Shown here piece after piece: positions 37,589 to 50,599 of a DNA stretch of 64,000 nt (positions are counted from its first letter, which is position 1; every line of letters begins with the position of its first letter). Origin of the DNA: Azolla caroliniana (lineage: Eukaryota > Plantae > Polypodiophyta); NCBI GenBank assembly GCA_043228905.1, contig JBHGNT010000020.1, forward strand, positions 3,286,001 through 3,350,000, in the 5' to 3' direction. The notes under the pieces were generated by a model that saw nothing but the letters and a program-made list of their open reading frames with translations, did not search any database and was not told where the DNA came from. The translations under genes were made by a program, and so were the position numbers.

Positions 37589-38852
37589 TGAAAAAGTTAA
37601 TATGCAGAAGCTAAGACTAAATCAGGTAGCCGGATAGTAACAGAATACAGAGAGGTTTAGGGTTTAGGGTTTAGGGTTTACAATGTGCTCAATGAGAACT
37701 TTTATACAATTCCTTAAAAAGAACTGAAAAGTATTTCAATGCTCATACAAGCGACTGACACTGACTCCAAAAATATGCCTACTCTAAAGGCCTACCGATT
37801 ACAATCCGATCTGGCTCTCCGACTTAGCTCGTGGTTCCGGATACTATCCGGACACCGATCCGGTTCTTTGTTCCAAACTATGATCCGGCTTAGGCTTGTT
37901 TAGCCTATCTAGGTCTGGTTGAGCTGGTCTGCTCAACACTCCCCCTCAAGCTCAACTTGAGGTCAGATTGTAGTGTCAGTGTTAGTGGTAGCCGGTTCTC
38001 TCTTCTGGCTCTTCCTGGCATCCTCGCGCTCAGCTCGTGCTCCTCATCCGGTTCGGTTCATCTTCCTTTGACACGTTTGGTTCCGTGCATCTCGAGCTTC
38101 TCAGTCAGGTTGTCTGCTCAGAAGGCCCTTTATTGTTGTGACATTGGTGTGTCTGGACTCATTAGTTCCTCCGTGTCGGTGTCAACTTCCGCTACCTTCG
38201 TGTCTGTTTGGTCTTCAGTTGATCCGGCTCCTCCGAATCAAGCACCTCTTCCAAAATGGGTGACTCCGATTCGTTCCGACTCTTGTCCGAATTGGTTGTC
38301 ACCAATTCGTCTTCAATCTTCAAACCCTACACGACATCAAACCACCTCCGTATGTTCGCCTTCTTTGCCTTCTTGGCTTTCCCTCCCATTTTTTTGGTTG
38401 GGTTTGTCTTGGGCTTTCTGTTCCGGTGGCTCCCCTTACATCCGGTCTCAGCTTCTTCAGTCGACCCATGCACTCTGACTTCTTCAGTCAAGCCGGAGTC
38501 AAAATAGGTTTTTGACTCGGCTTTTCAGCCTTATTTTTCATTCCTCCCCCTCAAGTTCGGCATATCGAGGTAACACACACCCAACGCATCGGAAAATTGC
38601 CGCAACTTGTCTAAGCCGAGGGGTTTGGTGAAGATACTGGTAACCTGCAAATCTGTCGGAACATGCAACAGTTCCAATTCACCCAAGACAATGTACTCTT
38701 AGACAAAATGATAATGCACCTCGATGTACTTAGGAAGGGCGTGAAAGACGGGGTTCTTTGCCAACTGGATGCTGCAGAGGTTGTCGTAGTAGATCGTCGT
38801 GGGATCAAACACCTCCACTTGAAGATCTTTGAGGAGCCTTTTGAGCCATAAC
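37589..38852 (-). mobile_element. Copia D 3' end (LTR 37589-37938, PPT, RNase H), unit 2
   Basis: Homologous to the 27350 LTR; FTKPLGLDKLRQF..PNLRGR; 5' part lost at fusion to Copia B. Confidence 0.88.
37656..37680 (+). repeat. Interstitial telomeric repeat (TTTAGGG)3TTTA
   Basis: Direct reading; absent from the paralogous LTRs in units 1, 3 and 4. Confidence 0.9.
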
Positions 38853-39997
38853 AATCCAATGGGATTAAGTATCTTAGTGAAAGTTGAAAGATTGTGAGAT
38901 GATAAAGTATGTGAAGCAGGCCAATATGGAAAGCAAAACAGGTTACCTTTCCCTCATGAAAGACATATAAGCAAAAATTTGTTGGATTTGGTACATATAG
39001 ATGTATGGGGACCAACAAAAAATGTCTCAATTGGTGGTTGCAGGTTCTATGTAACTTTTATTGATGATTGCTCAAGGAAAACGTGGGTTTACTTCATGAA
39101 AGAGAAAAATGAAGTATTTGATTGCTTTCGTAAGTTTAAATGCATAGCAGAAAAGCAAGCTAGAACTAGGATAAAATGCTTCAGATTTGATGGAAGAGTG
39201 GAGTACTTCTTAAATGAGTTTTCTGATTTTCTATGCAATCAAGGAATAAGGAGACAATTTACATGTCGATATACTCCACAGCAAAATGGAGTGGCTAAGA
39301 GGAAAAACAGAACTTTGGTGAACATAACAAGAGCTTTAATGAAAGAAAAAAATATGCCATTGTATTACTTGGCAGAAGCTGTAAACACAACAAACTTTAT
39401 TGGTGAAGTTACTGAAAAAACATGGGATTTGGTGAAGTTACCGAAGGAAAGAAATGTTGTAGGGTGCAAATGGGTCTACAAAACAAAGCATGATTCAAAT
39501 GGAAATGTTAGTAGACATAAATCAAGACTTGTTGCAAAGGGATATGCCTAGATGCAAGGAATTGATTATGATGAAACATTTGCACCTGTTGCAAAGATGG
39601 CAATATTAACGACACTACTTGCTGTAAGTGCAGCCAAAAGATGTGTTCTGCACCATATGGATGTAAAAAATGCTCTTTTACATGGTAATTTAGAAGAAGA
39701 AGTGTGTATGTGTCAACCACCAGGTTTTGAAGATAAGAGGCATCTAGAATATGTATGGAGGCTAAAAAAGGCTCTCTATGGATTGAAACAGGCACCGAGA
39801 GCATGGCATAAAGAACTTTTAGAATCTCTGAAAAAAATTGCCTTCAAAATGTTAAAAGTTGATCCTTCATTGTATGTGAAGAAGATAAATGATTGCATTG
39901 TTGTTATCTTGATATATGTTGATAACTTAATTATTGCAGGTGATTCTATGGATGAAATAAGGAACCTTAAGAAAAATCTTGAAATGCAATTTCATAT
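38853..39997 (+). mobile_element. Copia B fragment (integrase joined by deletion to RT), unit 2
   Basis: DLVHIDVWGP, FIDDCSRKTWVY, YTPQQNGVA; jump at ~39400 to TWDLVKLPK. RT is nearly identical to 9640-10210. Confidence 0.9.
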
Positions 39998-41060
39998 TGT
40001 TGAGACACGCTCAACATTGGCCGGATCGTCTGTGCAAGCCGACAACCGGATCGGTTGGGACCAATCGGTTAGGCCGGACTAGTGCATAAACTGTTACGCA
40101 AATTAGTGCGCAACGAGAAGCCGTAGCAATGCGTAAACCGGGTGCGTAAACTATTACGCAAACCAGTGCGCAATGAGAAGCTGTAGTGGTGCGTAAACCG
40201 CGAGGCCGTTAGTATGGTATTCCTCGTAAGGAATAATTTTGGGAATTAGTGTAGTAGGCTCATTTATGAGCAGTCAAGTATTGTCAGTACTTGTGTCAAG
40301 CCGATAGTTAGGGCTTGTATAAAAGGTGCTCACTGAGCACGAAGAATGTACAGAGCGTCATTATTTTGAAATAGAACTAAGTTGTTTGCTCTCTCTCTCT
40401 ATCTCTCCATCTCCATCTCCATCTCTATGTTTTCTAAGCTTACCGAACTGTGTACTCTGTGTTTTCGCACATGCTTCTGCACACATATTCTTTTACATGG
40501 TATCAGCGCACAGGGTTGAAGTCCTCTGCAGCCGACAAGAAAAGCTTGCGACAAAACAGAGTTGAAATTGTTCTTCGTTTTTTTTTCGGAAAAAAAAAAG
40601 ACAGCAATATGGACAGAGGTATGGGAAGCTCGCTATCGACTGAAAAGCTCGACAGAAGCAACTACGCATCGTGGTCATACAAGATGCACTAGTACCTGCT
40701 CGGTCACGGCTACTGGAGAGCGAGTGCTGGAAAGAGAGAGCCAATCCGGACAAAGCCCATGTTCCACGCCCGAACCAAGCACATTGTGGTGCACTACCAC
40801 TTTGTCCGCGGGCTGGTCCTTTCAGGTGAAGTCGAACTAGCGTATGTTCCAACGGATCGGCAGGTCGCCAACATCTTCACCAAGCCTCTTGGTCTCAACA
40901 AGTTACGACATTTCTCAGATGAGCTAGGGTTGCGTCACCTCAACACGCCGAACTTGAGGGGGAGAAAAGCAGAACAAAAACAAGAGCATGAAAGGAGCGG
41001 AGGTGTTCATCACGGCGGAAGTAACCGTGACGTGAAATTGGATGAAAATTCAATTTCTTT
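39998..41060 (+). mobile_element. Copia D-related element: 5' LTR 39998-40497, PBS, gag start fused to RNase H end, 3' truncated
   Basis: TGTTGAG...TTTACA; PBS TGGTATCAGCGC 40498-40509 (iMet type); MDRGMGSSLSTEKLDRSNYASW; FHARTKHI..FTKPLG. 60-bp tandem repeat at 40081-40200. Confidence 0.88.
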
Positions 41061-41814
41061 GAGTTGAAATAGAACATTGATACATTCCACGATCTATTTT
41101 AGGTAAACGCTTGAATTAATGTGAATGACCACCAATTGCCCTCTTAATTCTTGTTGTGAATGGACAGATTGGTGCAATTAATGTGTTTGATATGTTAACA
41201 ACTTTTGAGTTTTTGCTTAGATGTCCCTTCAAACCATTCTATGGGCTTGGTCATCAACATATTTTTGGGAAATGTTTTTTGTCATTACTTTTCCTTATTG
41301 GAGTAAACCTCTACACCAAGTGTTTAAATTGCCGATGTTGATTAGACTCCAAATATTAAAAAGGAATATGTCCTATGGCCCATTACACTTCCTCCATTTG
41401 ACATTCATCATGCGCCATTGAATCATCTCATGCGAAGATATAGGAAATATCTTATATGCTAATATTTGTGTGCAACGTATTAATCTACCAATACAGTGCA
41501 CATAATAGCAATGTGTATACCAACTTTCACAAAGACTGTAGTGTAGAAGAAACATGTTCTATTTTAAAACTTTATAATATAGTTAATAAACTTGAGCACT
41601 TCATGAATATAGAAGTAACACTTATGCAACTACTATGTAACATATACCATACCTAGGTGCATCATAGGAGAAATGGAAAGGTGTTATTACATATGAAATC
41701 ATATCTTTATTAACCAATAAAGACAACTTTATTTTTGTGCATGATAGTTACATTATGAATCATGCATTGTCTTATGGAACATGATTAACAATGGAATTGG
41801 AAAAGTGATTGAAT

Positions 41815-42063
41815 TTAATCATCATCTTCTGATGGAGTTGGAGCGGGAGGAATGGAAGATGAGGGAGGAGTCGAAGGAGTAATAGGATTTGAGGCAATAG
41901 GTGGAATAGGAATTGGAGAAATAGTTGGCCTTGGAATTATAGATGGACAAGGCTCAGGCTCAGGCTCATCAGCATAGGTTGTTGATGGCCCCTGAACGAC
42001 TAAGATTGTCACAAAAAGAAAAATACACAAAAGTCGGAATCGTTGCAACTCCATCTTCCCCAT
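41815..42063 (-). CDS. Secreted Pro-rich small protein, copy 3 (protein identical to copy 1)
   Basis: One synonymous change versus copy 1 in 249 nt; TATA at 42158-42163. Confidence 0.8.
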   Translation of the reverse strand: MGKMELQRFRLLCIFLFVTILVVQGPSTTYADEPEPEPCPSIIPRPTISPIPIPPIASNPITPSTPPSSSIPPAPTPSEDDD

Positions 42064-42849
42064 GGTATAAAAGAATTTATAGATTGAATAACACTTCAAT
42101 ATTGTATGGAGTATGTAATTAGGTTAGTCGGTGCTCCTAAGCTTCTTCCCCCGTGCCTTTATAATGCCTCGATATCTTCACGTATCATCAATGACAATGA
42201 AAGATTTCAAAAATCATTAGTGATAATAATATCCATGGAGATTACAATCTTAGAGTGAAAATAAACAATAATTGTTTTGCCTTCCCTTATGTTATCTAGA
42301 ATTTTCTATTTCTTCATTTTCAAGCATTCAGTCATTACATTGATTTTGTTGAAGAATCGATTTATTTCATGGGGAGTACTGAATTTCAAATAGAAGTCCT
42401 GAAAATTTTTAAATACGTGACTATATGATCTCTTTCCATTTTTTAGCGAACAAAAACCTTAAAATAAAAAAATAAATATGTCACAAGCCATGAGATTTAC
42501 ATTTCAAGGGCTCCATGGGCAATTTCCCTTGGAAATGGCAGAGTCACAGTCTATGACATGTTTTATTTAAATTGCTTGATAATGATGCTTGAGAAAAGTT
42601 TTCATTTAAATGATTATCAATAACAATCACCATGGAAATTAAAATGTTGGTGTGGTAAGGTAGACTGATTATTTTGCATGCCTTAATGTTTCGTTTAATT
42701 TCAAACTTGACATTTTGAAACAATTAATTTATTGAAATAATTTGGATGGTGTAGAAACCTATTTCACAAAAATATCGTAAATATGAGAAGAGAAGGAAAC
42801 ACTTGTTTATGTGTCTTAGTGAAATAGTTAAAAGTCCAATGACATTAAG

Positions 42850-44285
42850 TATCTTTTTTTGTGATAGTAAAAGCTTGAGATTCTAGGTTATTTTGTTAAT
42901 GATAGTTGATTTCTCTCTTTCTTGAGTCTATTTTGGGGTTATGTAGCTCGAACCACGATGAACCAAGAACAATTGGACGCTTTTCCTACTAATTATCTTA
43001 AAGAATATTACACATGCCAATTACCTAGCACAACACAAATGTGTTCGAACTCTTCTATAATATTTCCAAAAGCAATAGGGCATCCATTAATGACTACTAC
43101 GGAAGTTGTACAAGGAAACTTTCTAAGAGTTACCTAATAAAGTCGAGGAAAATCTCTATCACGAAGAAAGAATAAGCCCCAATATTGAGGAGTGGTGGAA
43201 CATGAAATTGATGATTACTTGTTCTAGTAAATTTCACTTGAGTTGAGAACACGTTGATAACTTGCTGAGAAGTAATGGAACTACTGATGGGTTGGATAGA
43301 TCTTGGACTGTCCAACCAAATGACTCCTATTTTGGCTAGGCCTAATTGCTTAACTCATCATCTAGTTGACTTAGAACCTCAATTTAATTTGATAAGCTTG
43401 GGCCATAGTTTGTTAGATACCCCTAATGAATTAGACTTAGATTTATCAATAGTAGCAACTTGATTTACTTAGAGTTTGGACCTATGGAGATAATTCACTA
43501 TAATATGTCATAGACCACCACAATATGAACATAGGCGGTTTGCTTCACATTGTTGCTTTACTCCTCTGACAATGGTCCGCGATGACATGTTGCATTGATT
43601 TCAATTGGTGTTTAGTATCTGTCGTACATGCATTATATTACTTCCTTAGGGAGGGTTTTTACTATGATCAATGCATGTGTGAGCTCTAATCTTGTATGGA
43701 CGTCAATCAAAACTTTCGATGTCAATAAAAAATCCTATTATCGATTGTAATGCTCCATTGATTGCAAGCCAGAAATATAAGGTGTAGATTCTTTACATCA
43801 TTGCATATACTGAACTGAAACTACTCCGTTAATTCTTGGTCATCCCATGGAATATAGGTTGCCATTAGACAAATATCAACAACATAGACTAAGGGAGTAC
43901 CATCCCCTTATTGTAGCCTTCAGATTTTGTTGATTCTTGTTCTAAAATGCCTTGAACTCACTAATGAACACCTCAAAACTATTTAACAAGGGATAGATCC
44001 TTTTACCAATAATGGTGCAAACAAAGCTCATGTTTTACGACTCATTAATGTGTCTACTAATCCCACTCTCGATGGATTAACTGAATAGTAGGAAGGATGC
44101 ATTGCGATTGCAAAAAGTACTTGGTTAAGGAACCCGCCCAATTGTTATCGTGTTCCATCAAACTTCATGGAAAGATTGATTTTTGGCTATTTAAGGGTGG
44201 CTTAAGTTATGGCTCATTGTGGTAGAGAGAGAATAGGTACTTCTAACTGTTGTAAATGTAATATCAATTCCTCATATTGCTATTA
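42850..44285 (-). pseudogene. Tcn1-like gag-protease relic (unit 3, most complete)
   Basis: Paralog of 36300-37585; retains extra segments (e.g. ~43057-43135) missing from unit 2. Confidence 0.65.
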
Positions 44286-44289
44286 TAAA

Positions 44290-45622
44290 TGAAAAAGTTA
44301 ATATATGCAGAAGCTAAGACTAAATCGGGTAGCCGGATAGTAACAGAATATAGAGAGGTTTAGTAGAACCTTAAGAACACAGAAGAGACAGAGAGAGAGC
44401 AGAACAATAATTTTAATTCAAATAATAACCCTTTATACATACAATGTGCTCAATGAGAACTTTTATACAAGTCCTTAAAAAGGACTGAAAAGTACTTCAA
44501 TGCCTATACAAGCGACTGACACTAAATCCAAAAATATGCCTACTCAACCAGCCTACTGGTTACAATCCGATCTAGCTCTCTGACTTGGTTCCTAGTTCCG
44601 GATACCATCGAAACACCGATCCAGTTCTTCGTTCCGGACTCTGATCTGGCTTTGGCTTGTTTAGCCTATCTAGGTCCGGTTGAGCTTGTCCACTCAACAC
44701 TCCCCCTCAAGGTCAACTTGAGGTTAGATCGTAGTGTAAGTGTTAGTGGTAGTCGGTCCTCTCCTCTGGCTCTTCCTAGCGTCCTCCCGTGTGGCTCGCG
44801 CTCCTCGGCCGATCAGGTTCAGCTTCCTGCGACGCATCCGGTTCCATGCATTTCGACCTTCTCGGTCGACTTGTCTGCTCAGAAGGCTTTATTGTTGTGA
44901 CGACGGTGCATCTTGACCCGTTTGTTCCTCTGTGTGGGTGTCAGCTTCCGTTACCTTCTTGTCCCTTTCGCCTTCAGTTGATCCCTCTCCTCCGAATCAA
45001 GCATGTCTTCCGAAATGGGTGACTCCGATTCGTTCAGGCTATTTTCCGAATTGGCTGTCACCAATTCTTCTTCGGTCATCAGACCCTGCACGACATCAGA
45101 CCACGCCCATCTGTTCGTCTTCTTGGCCTTCTTGGCTTTACAACCCATTTTTTCGGTTGGCTCTGGCTTGGGCTTTCCGTTCCGGTGGCTCCCCTTACAT
45201 CCAGTCTCGGCTTCTTCAGTCGACCCGCGCACTCCGACTTCTTCAGTCGAGCCGAAGTCGAAATCTGTTTTTGACTCCGCTTTTCGGTCGTATTTTTCAT
45301 TCCTACTTTCATTCCTCCCCCTCAAGTTCGGCATATCGAGGTATCCCACACCCAATGCACCGGAAAATTGCCGCAACTTGTCTAAGCCGAGGGATTTGGT
45401 GAAGATATTAGCAACCTGCCAATCCGTCGAAACATCAAGCAATTCCACTTCACCGGAGACAATGTACTCTCAGACAAAATTATAATGCAGCTTAATGTAC
45501 TTAGGAAGGGGGCTAAAGACAGGGTTCTTTGCCAACTGGATGCTACTGAGGTTGTCGTAGTAGATCGTCGTCGGATCAGACACCTCCACTTGTAGACATT
45601 TCAGGAGCCTCTTGAGCCATAA
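44290..45622 (-). mobile_element. Copia D 3' end, unit 3 (LTR 44290-44699)
   Basis: Paralog of 37589-38852. Confidence 0.88.
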
Positions 45623-46777
45623 TAATCCAATGGGATTAGGTATCTTCGTGAAAGTTGAAAGACTGTGAGATGAGCAAAATATGTGAAGCATGCCAATATG
45701 GAAAGCAAAACAGGTTACCTTTCCCTCATGAAAGACATGTAAGCAAAAATTTGTTGGATTTGGTACATATAGATGTATGGGGACCAACTAAAATGTCTCA
45801 ATTGGTGGTTGTAGGTTCTATGTAACTTTTATTGATGATTGCTCAAGGAAAACATGGGTTTACTTCATGAAAGAGAAAAGTGAAGTATTTGATTGCCTTC
45901 GTAAGTTTAAATGCATGGTCAAAAAGCAAGCTGGAAGTAGGACAAAATGCTTAAGATTTTATAGAGGAGGAGAGTACTTCTCAAATGAATTTTCTGATTT
46001 TCTATGCAATCAAGGAATAAGGAGACAGTTTACATGTCGATATACACCACAACAAAATGGAGTGATGAGAGGAAAAACAGAACTTTGGTGAACACAGCAA
46101 GGGCTTTAATAACAGAAAAAATATGCCATTGTATTATTGGGGTGAAGCTGTAAACACAACAAACTTTATTCTAAATAGATGTATAACATCTGGAGTACAT
46201 GAAGTAACTCCTGAAGAATGCTTCTATGGAAGGAAACCTATTTTAGGAAACTTAAAAGTGTTTGGATGCCTTGCTTATGTCCATGTACATGTTGAAGTGA
46301 GAAGTAAGCTTGATCCAAAAGCTGAAAATGTGTTTTTGTTGGATATTTGGAGGAACAAAAAGTGTATAGATGCTATAACCCATTAACAAAAAAGATGGTG
46401 GTAAGCCGTGATGTAATATTTGATGAGTTGGGCAGTTGGTACAACCCAAAAGAAAATGTAGAAATTGATGAAGGCTGTGAAAATGAAGACAGAGAAAAAT
46501 CTGAAAATGGAGATTGCCATGAAAACGGAAGCAATGTTGGACAACAAAGTTCAACATCGATAGCATGTACTGGACCATCTGGAAGCTCAGGTAGTAAATC
46601 TTATTCAAATGTATGGAGTGGAAAAAATGTACGGCATAAAAAATATGATGATAAAAAGGAAAAACAGAAGATGCCAGAATATGAAATGCTTGATAATGTG
46701 TCTAGAAACATGGAAGATTTAGATTTAGATACATCATTGGAGGATGAGCTTGGTATACGAGCATTGAATATCCCTGG
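45623..46777 (+). mobile_element. Copia B integrase region up to the Gypsy A insertion site, unit 3
   Basis: CEACQYGKQ, YTPQQNG, LKVFGCLAYVHV..RSKLDPKA, SRDVIFDE; ends ...RALNIPG at TSD CCTGG 46773-46777. Confidence 0.9.
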
Positions 46778-49590
46778 TGTTACCAGCTGGCAAGAAGGCT
46801 TAAGGAGGTCCAAATCAGAGTGTGAAAAGGAATAGTTTATTCGGGAATAGTTTAATATATGAGAAGAAGTGGACGGACGGACCGGAATCGGTATGCCGAT
46901 CCGGATCCGGACCGATCCCGGATAGGTGCTGGTTGGCACCGTTTTGTATTTCACACCGGAGACCTATATAAAGGCCCGGTTACAATTTAAACGAGAGCGG
47001 ATAATTAATAGAACTTATTGCCTTAATCTTTCAGTATTGATTACCGTTCTGTACTCATTGTTATATCTTACATGTGTTAATGATGTGTTGCTAAGTAATC
47101 GATTAAGGTCTAATTAAGCGTTGTGCCGTGAGTTCATCTTGCCGTAACACCCTTTGGTGAAGTGGCTTAAGTGGACACCCTGTGTTAGGCTGTTGTTCGG
47201 CCCTAGGATTAACACAGTTTTTGGTGACCACGATTCCTGCACAATTGCAGTGAACAGCGGTGGGAATGGATGACTAGGCCAACAGACGACCCGGTTACGG
47301 AGAGAGCACGAAGACTTGTTGAATGGCGAAGGCGGCAAGAGGCTTTCCAGCAAGCAGCGGAGGAAATCCGATCGGATCGATCATTTTCCAAAGTGATCCG
47401 AAAAGTGGCGGAGGAGTCACTCCATCTGCAACAAAACGCCTACCCGGATGAAGGAAGCAGCTTAAGCAGTCTCCGAGAAGCGGAATCCTTTCTCCAGGCC
47501 TTGGACGGAAGAGACGGCGAATCCGAAGCATTTTCAACGCTGGAATCGGATTCGGAAGGGGGTTACAGCGCGCACATGAACTATCGCAGCAATAACAACA
47601 CCCCCGGAGAACCGAAGGACGAGGAGTCGGATACAGTACCTACACCGGAATCAGAGTTGGCAGACCGGGAACCTCCGGCACTAGACGTGGAGCAACCTCT
47701 AGAGACGGAAGAAGACAAAGAAAGACCTCCGACACCAGAAGTCAAGCCGACAACACCAAGGGAAGACCGACAAAGAACTCTAACGCCGACGGAACAGAAG
47801 GAAAGACCACCGACACCGCCAGCCCGCGTACCGACACCGGACGATGACATGCCATTCCAATACTCCAAGTATAGGGATGACCTGGACGCGGAGGCTCATG
47901 TTCACGCGTTTCAGCAAACGTGGGAGGTGAATCATGTGTCAGAACGGTTAACCGCGGCCGAAGAGGAACGATCTAAGATAGCCGAATTCGGCGTGACATT
48001 GGAAGGACCGGCCGCCAGATGGCACCGGACACAGGACCCCAACACCATCACCACCTTTGCGGACCTGAAAGACAAATTCTTGCACTTCTTTCAGAAGGAG
48101 GTGGACTAGAGAGAAATGGTGGGCCTATTCTATACCATCCAGCAGGACCCCGGGGAGAGCATTCCGCAGTTTGTCATCCGGTTTCAACAGATGCATAGTC
48201 AGCTTACCCGCGCACCTCCGGAGGAAGAAACACGAGCTATATTTTTAGCCGCGCTCCGGGAACCTCTACGAACGGTATGCACGGTCATCGACTTTTGCAC
48301 AAGCACCGTCGACCAGGTCATCGACCGGGTTAGAGAAATGGAAAAAACGAGCTCTTGGCTAACAATGGGATCCCTCCAACGAGCGTTACCAACCGAGGAG
48401 GATCTCCGTTTCCGGCAAGCAATCCAATGCACAACCTGCTTGAATTCTGGACACTCGGCATTGGAGTGCACCATGCAGACGCACTGCTTACTCTGCCAAT
48501 CTCAAAGCCACACGATGGACCAGTGCGAATATAACTTATTGGATCGGAAAGCACCACTAGTCCGGCAAATCGAGCCACGTAGCAGTCGAGATGAAGAAGA
48601 TGAACGCTGGCGGTGAGAAGAACGATATCGACCCGCACTGGATGTCCGGTACGGTGATCGACGAAACAACTATGATCGGTACGAGAGATATGACAGGTAC
48701 CGCGATTACAATGGACGGTACGAGCATTACAACCAGGATCACTCCCCCGGGTATCACCAACGACGGGAAGATTACGAGAGATATGATGACCAACCCCGTC
48801 AAGGGTACCGCAACAAAAAGAACTTTAATAAAAAACGGCATTTCAAAAAAGGGAGCCACCCACGTGAACCGGAAAAAGGCGTCTCAAGCAGCCAACCGAA
48901 CCAAAGCCCCGTGGTTACCACAGGTCCTCCACCGGGTACAGGAAACAATGCTGAATCCAGCAATACCCGGAAAGCATATTGCTATTATTGCCGGCAAGAA
49001 GGACATTATAGTAATCAATGTCTGGCAAAGAGCTATGATAAGCTACCGGTAGTAAACATGGTAGTCGCCGAAGTCGCAGACCTACAGTAGGTCACCACAA
49101 GGTCGAAGGGCAAGACGACAGAAGGGGAGACACAAGAGGCCATCCGGAAGCAGGCTATGGAATGGGTGAAAAAGGCAAATGAGCAAAACGTAGCAGAACT
49201 TGCACAACAAAAGGAGAACACAAAGAGCTCGCCGACGGCAGTCAGACCGAAAATGCGACTTGGCAGGCCTTGCAGGAGTGCCAAATCACGCTGCCATTAG
49301 GACGGCTCCTGCAACTTGTGCCCAGATTCACGGAAGGACTCAAGACAGGCATGACGGCAGGAGAAACACCACCGACATCAGCATTCTTCTCAAATCCAGA
49401 GGAGGGACTAATGGTGGTAGACACAAACAATCTGGTTTACCAAACCGGTAACACAACGACGGTACCGGATGAATCCAAACTACGCCGCCAAAGTCAAGGA
49501 AGAAATCGACAAGTTGTTGCGGGTTGGCTTTATCCGACCCGTAAACAAATCTACATGGCTGAGCCCGATAGTAGTTGTACCAAAGAAATC
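46778..49590 (+). mobile_element. Gypsy A 5' part (LTR 46778-47214, PBS-like TGGTGACCACGA at ~47222, gag, deleted PR/RT)
   Basis: 48063-49430 closely matches 3-1375; jump to RT at ~49440; truncated after WLSPIVVVPK. Confidence 0.92.
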
Positions 49591-49595
49591 TACTC

Positions 49596-50595
49596 ATGGG
49601 TTGGATAGATCTTGGACTGTCCAACCAAATGACTCCTATTTTGGCTAGCCCTATTCGCTTAACTCATCATCTAGTTGACTTAGAACCTCAATTTAATTTG
49701 ATTAGCTTGGGCTATAGTTTGTTAGATACCCCTAATGAATTAGACTTAGATTTATCAATAGTAGCAACTTGATTTACTTAGAGTTTGGACCTATGGAGAT
49801 AATTCACTATAATATGTCATAGACCACCACAATATGAACATAGGTGGTTTGCTTCACATTGTTGCTTTACTCCTCTGACAATGGTCCGCAATGACATGTT
49901 GCATTGATTTCAATTGGTGTTTAGTATTTGTAGTACATGCATTATATTACTTCTTTAGGGAGGGTTTTTACTACGATCAAAGCATGTGTGAGCTCTAATC
50001 TTGTATGGATGTCAATCAAAACTTTCGATGTCAATCGAAAATCCTATTATCGCATTGTAATGCTCCATTGATTGCAAGCCAGAAATGTAAGGAGTAGATC
50101 CTTTACATCATTGCATATACTGAACTGAAACTACTTCGTTAATTCTTGGTCATCCCATGGAATATAGGTTGCCATTAGACAAATATCAACAACATAGACT
50201 AAGGGAGAACCATCCCCTTATTGTAGCCTTCAGATTTTGTTGATTCTTGTTCTAACATGCCTTGAACTCACCAATGAACTCCTGAAAACTATTTAACAAG
50301 GGATAGATCCTTTTACCAATAATGGTGCAAACAAAGCTCATGTTTTACGACTCATTAATGTGTCTACTAATCCCACTCTCAATGGATTAACTGGATAGTA
50401 GGAAGGATGCATTTCGATTGCAAAAAGTCCTTGGTTAAGGAACCCGCCCAATTGTTATCGTGTTCCATCAAACTTCATGGAAAGATTGATTTTTGGCTTT
50501 TTAAGGATGCCTTAAGTTATTGCTCATTGTGGTAGAGAGAGAATAGGTACTTCTAACTGTTGTAAATGTAATATCAATTCCTCATATTGCTATTA
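49596..50595 (-). pseudogene. Tcn1-like gag relic (unit 4, which lacks the Pro-rich gene)
   Basis: Paralog of 43288-44285. Confidence 0.65.
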
Positions 50596-50599
50596 TAAA

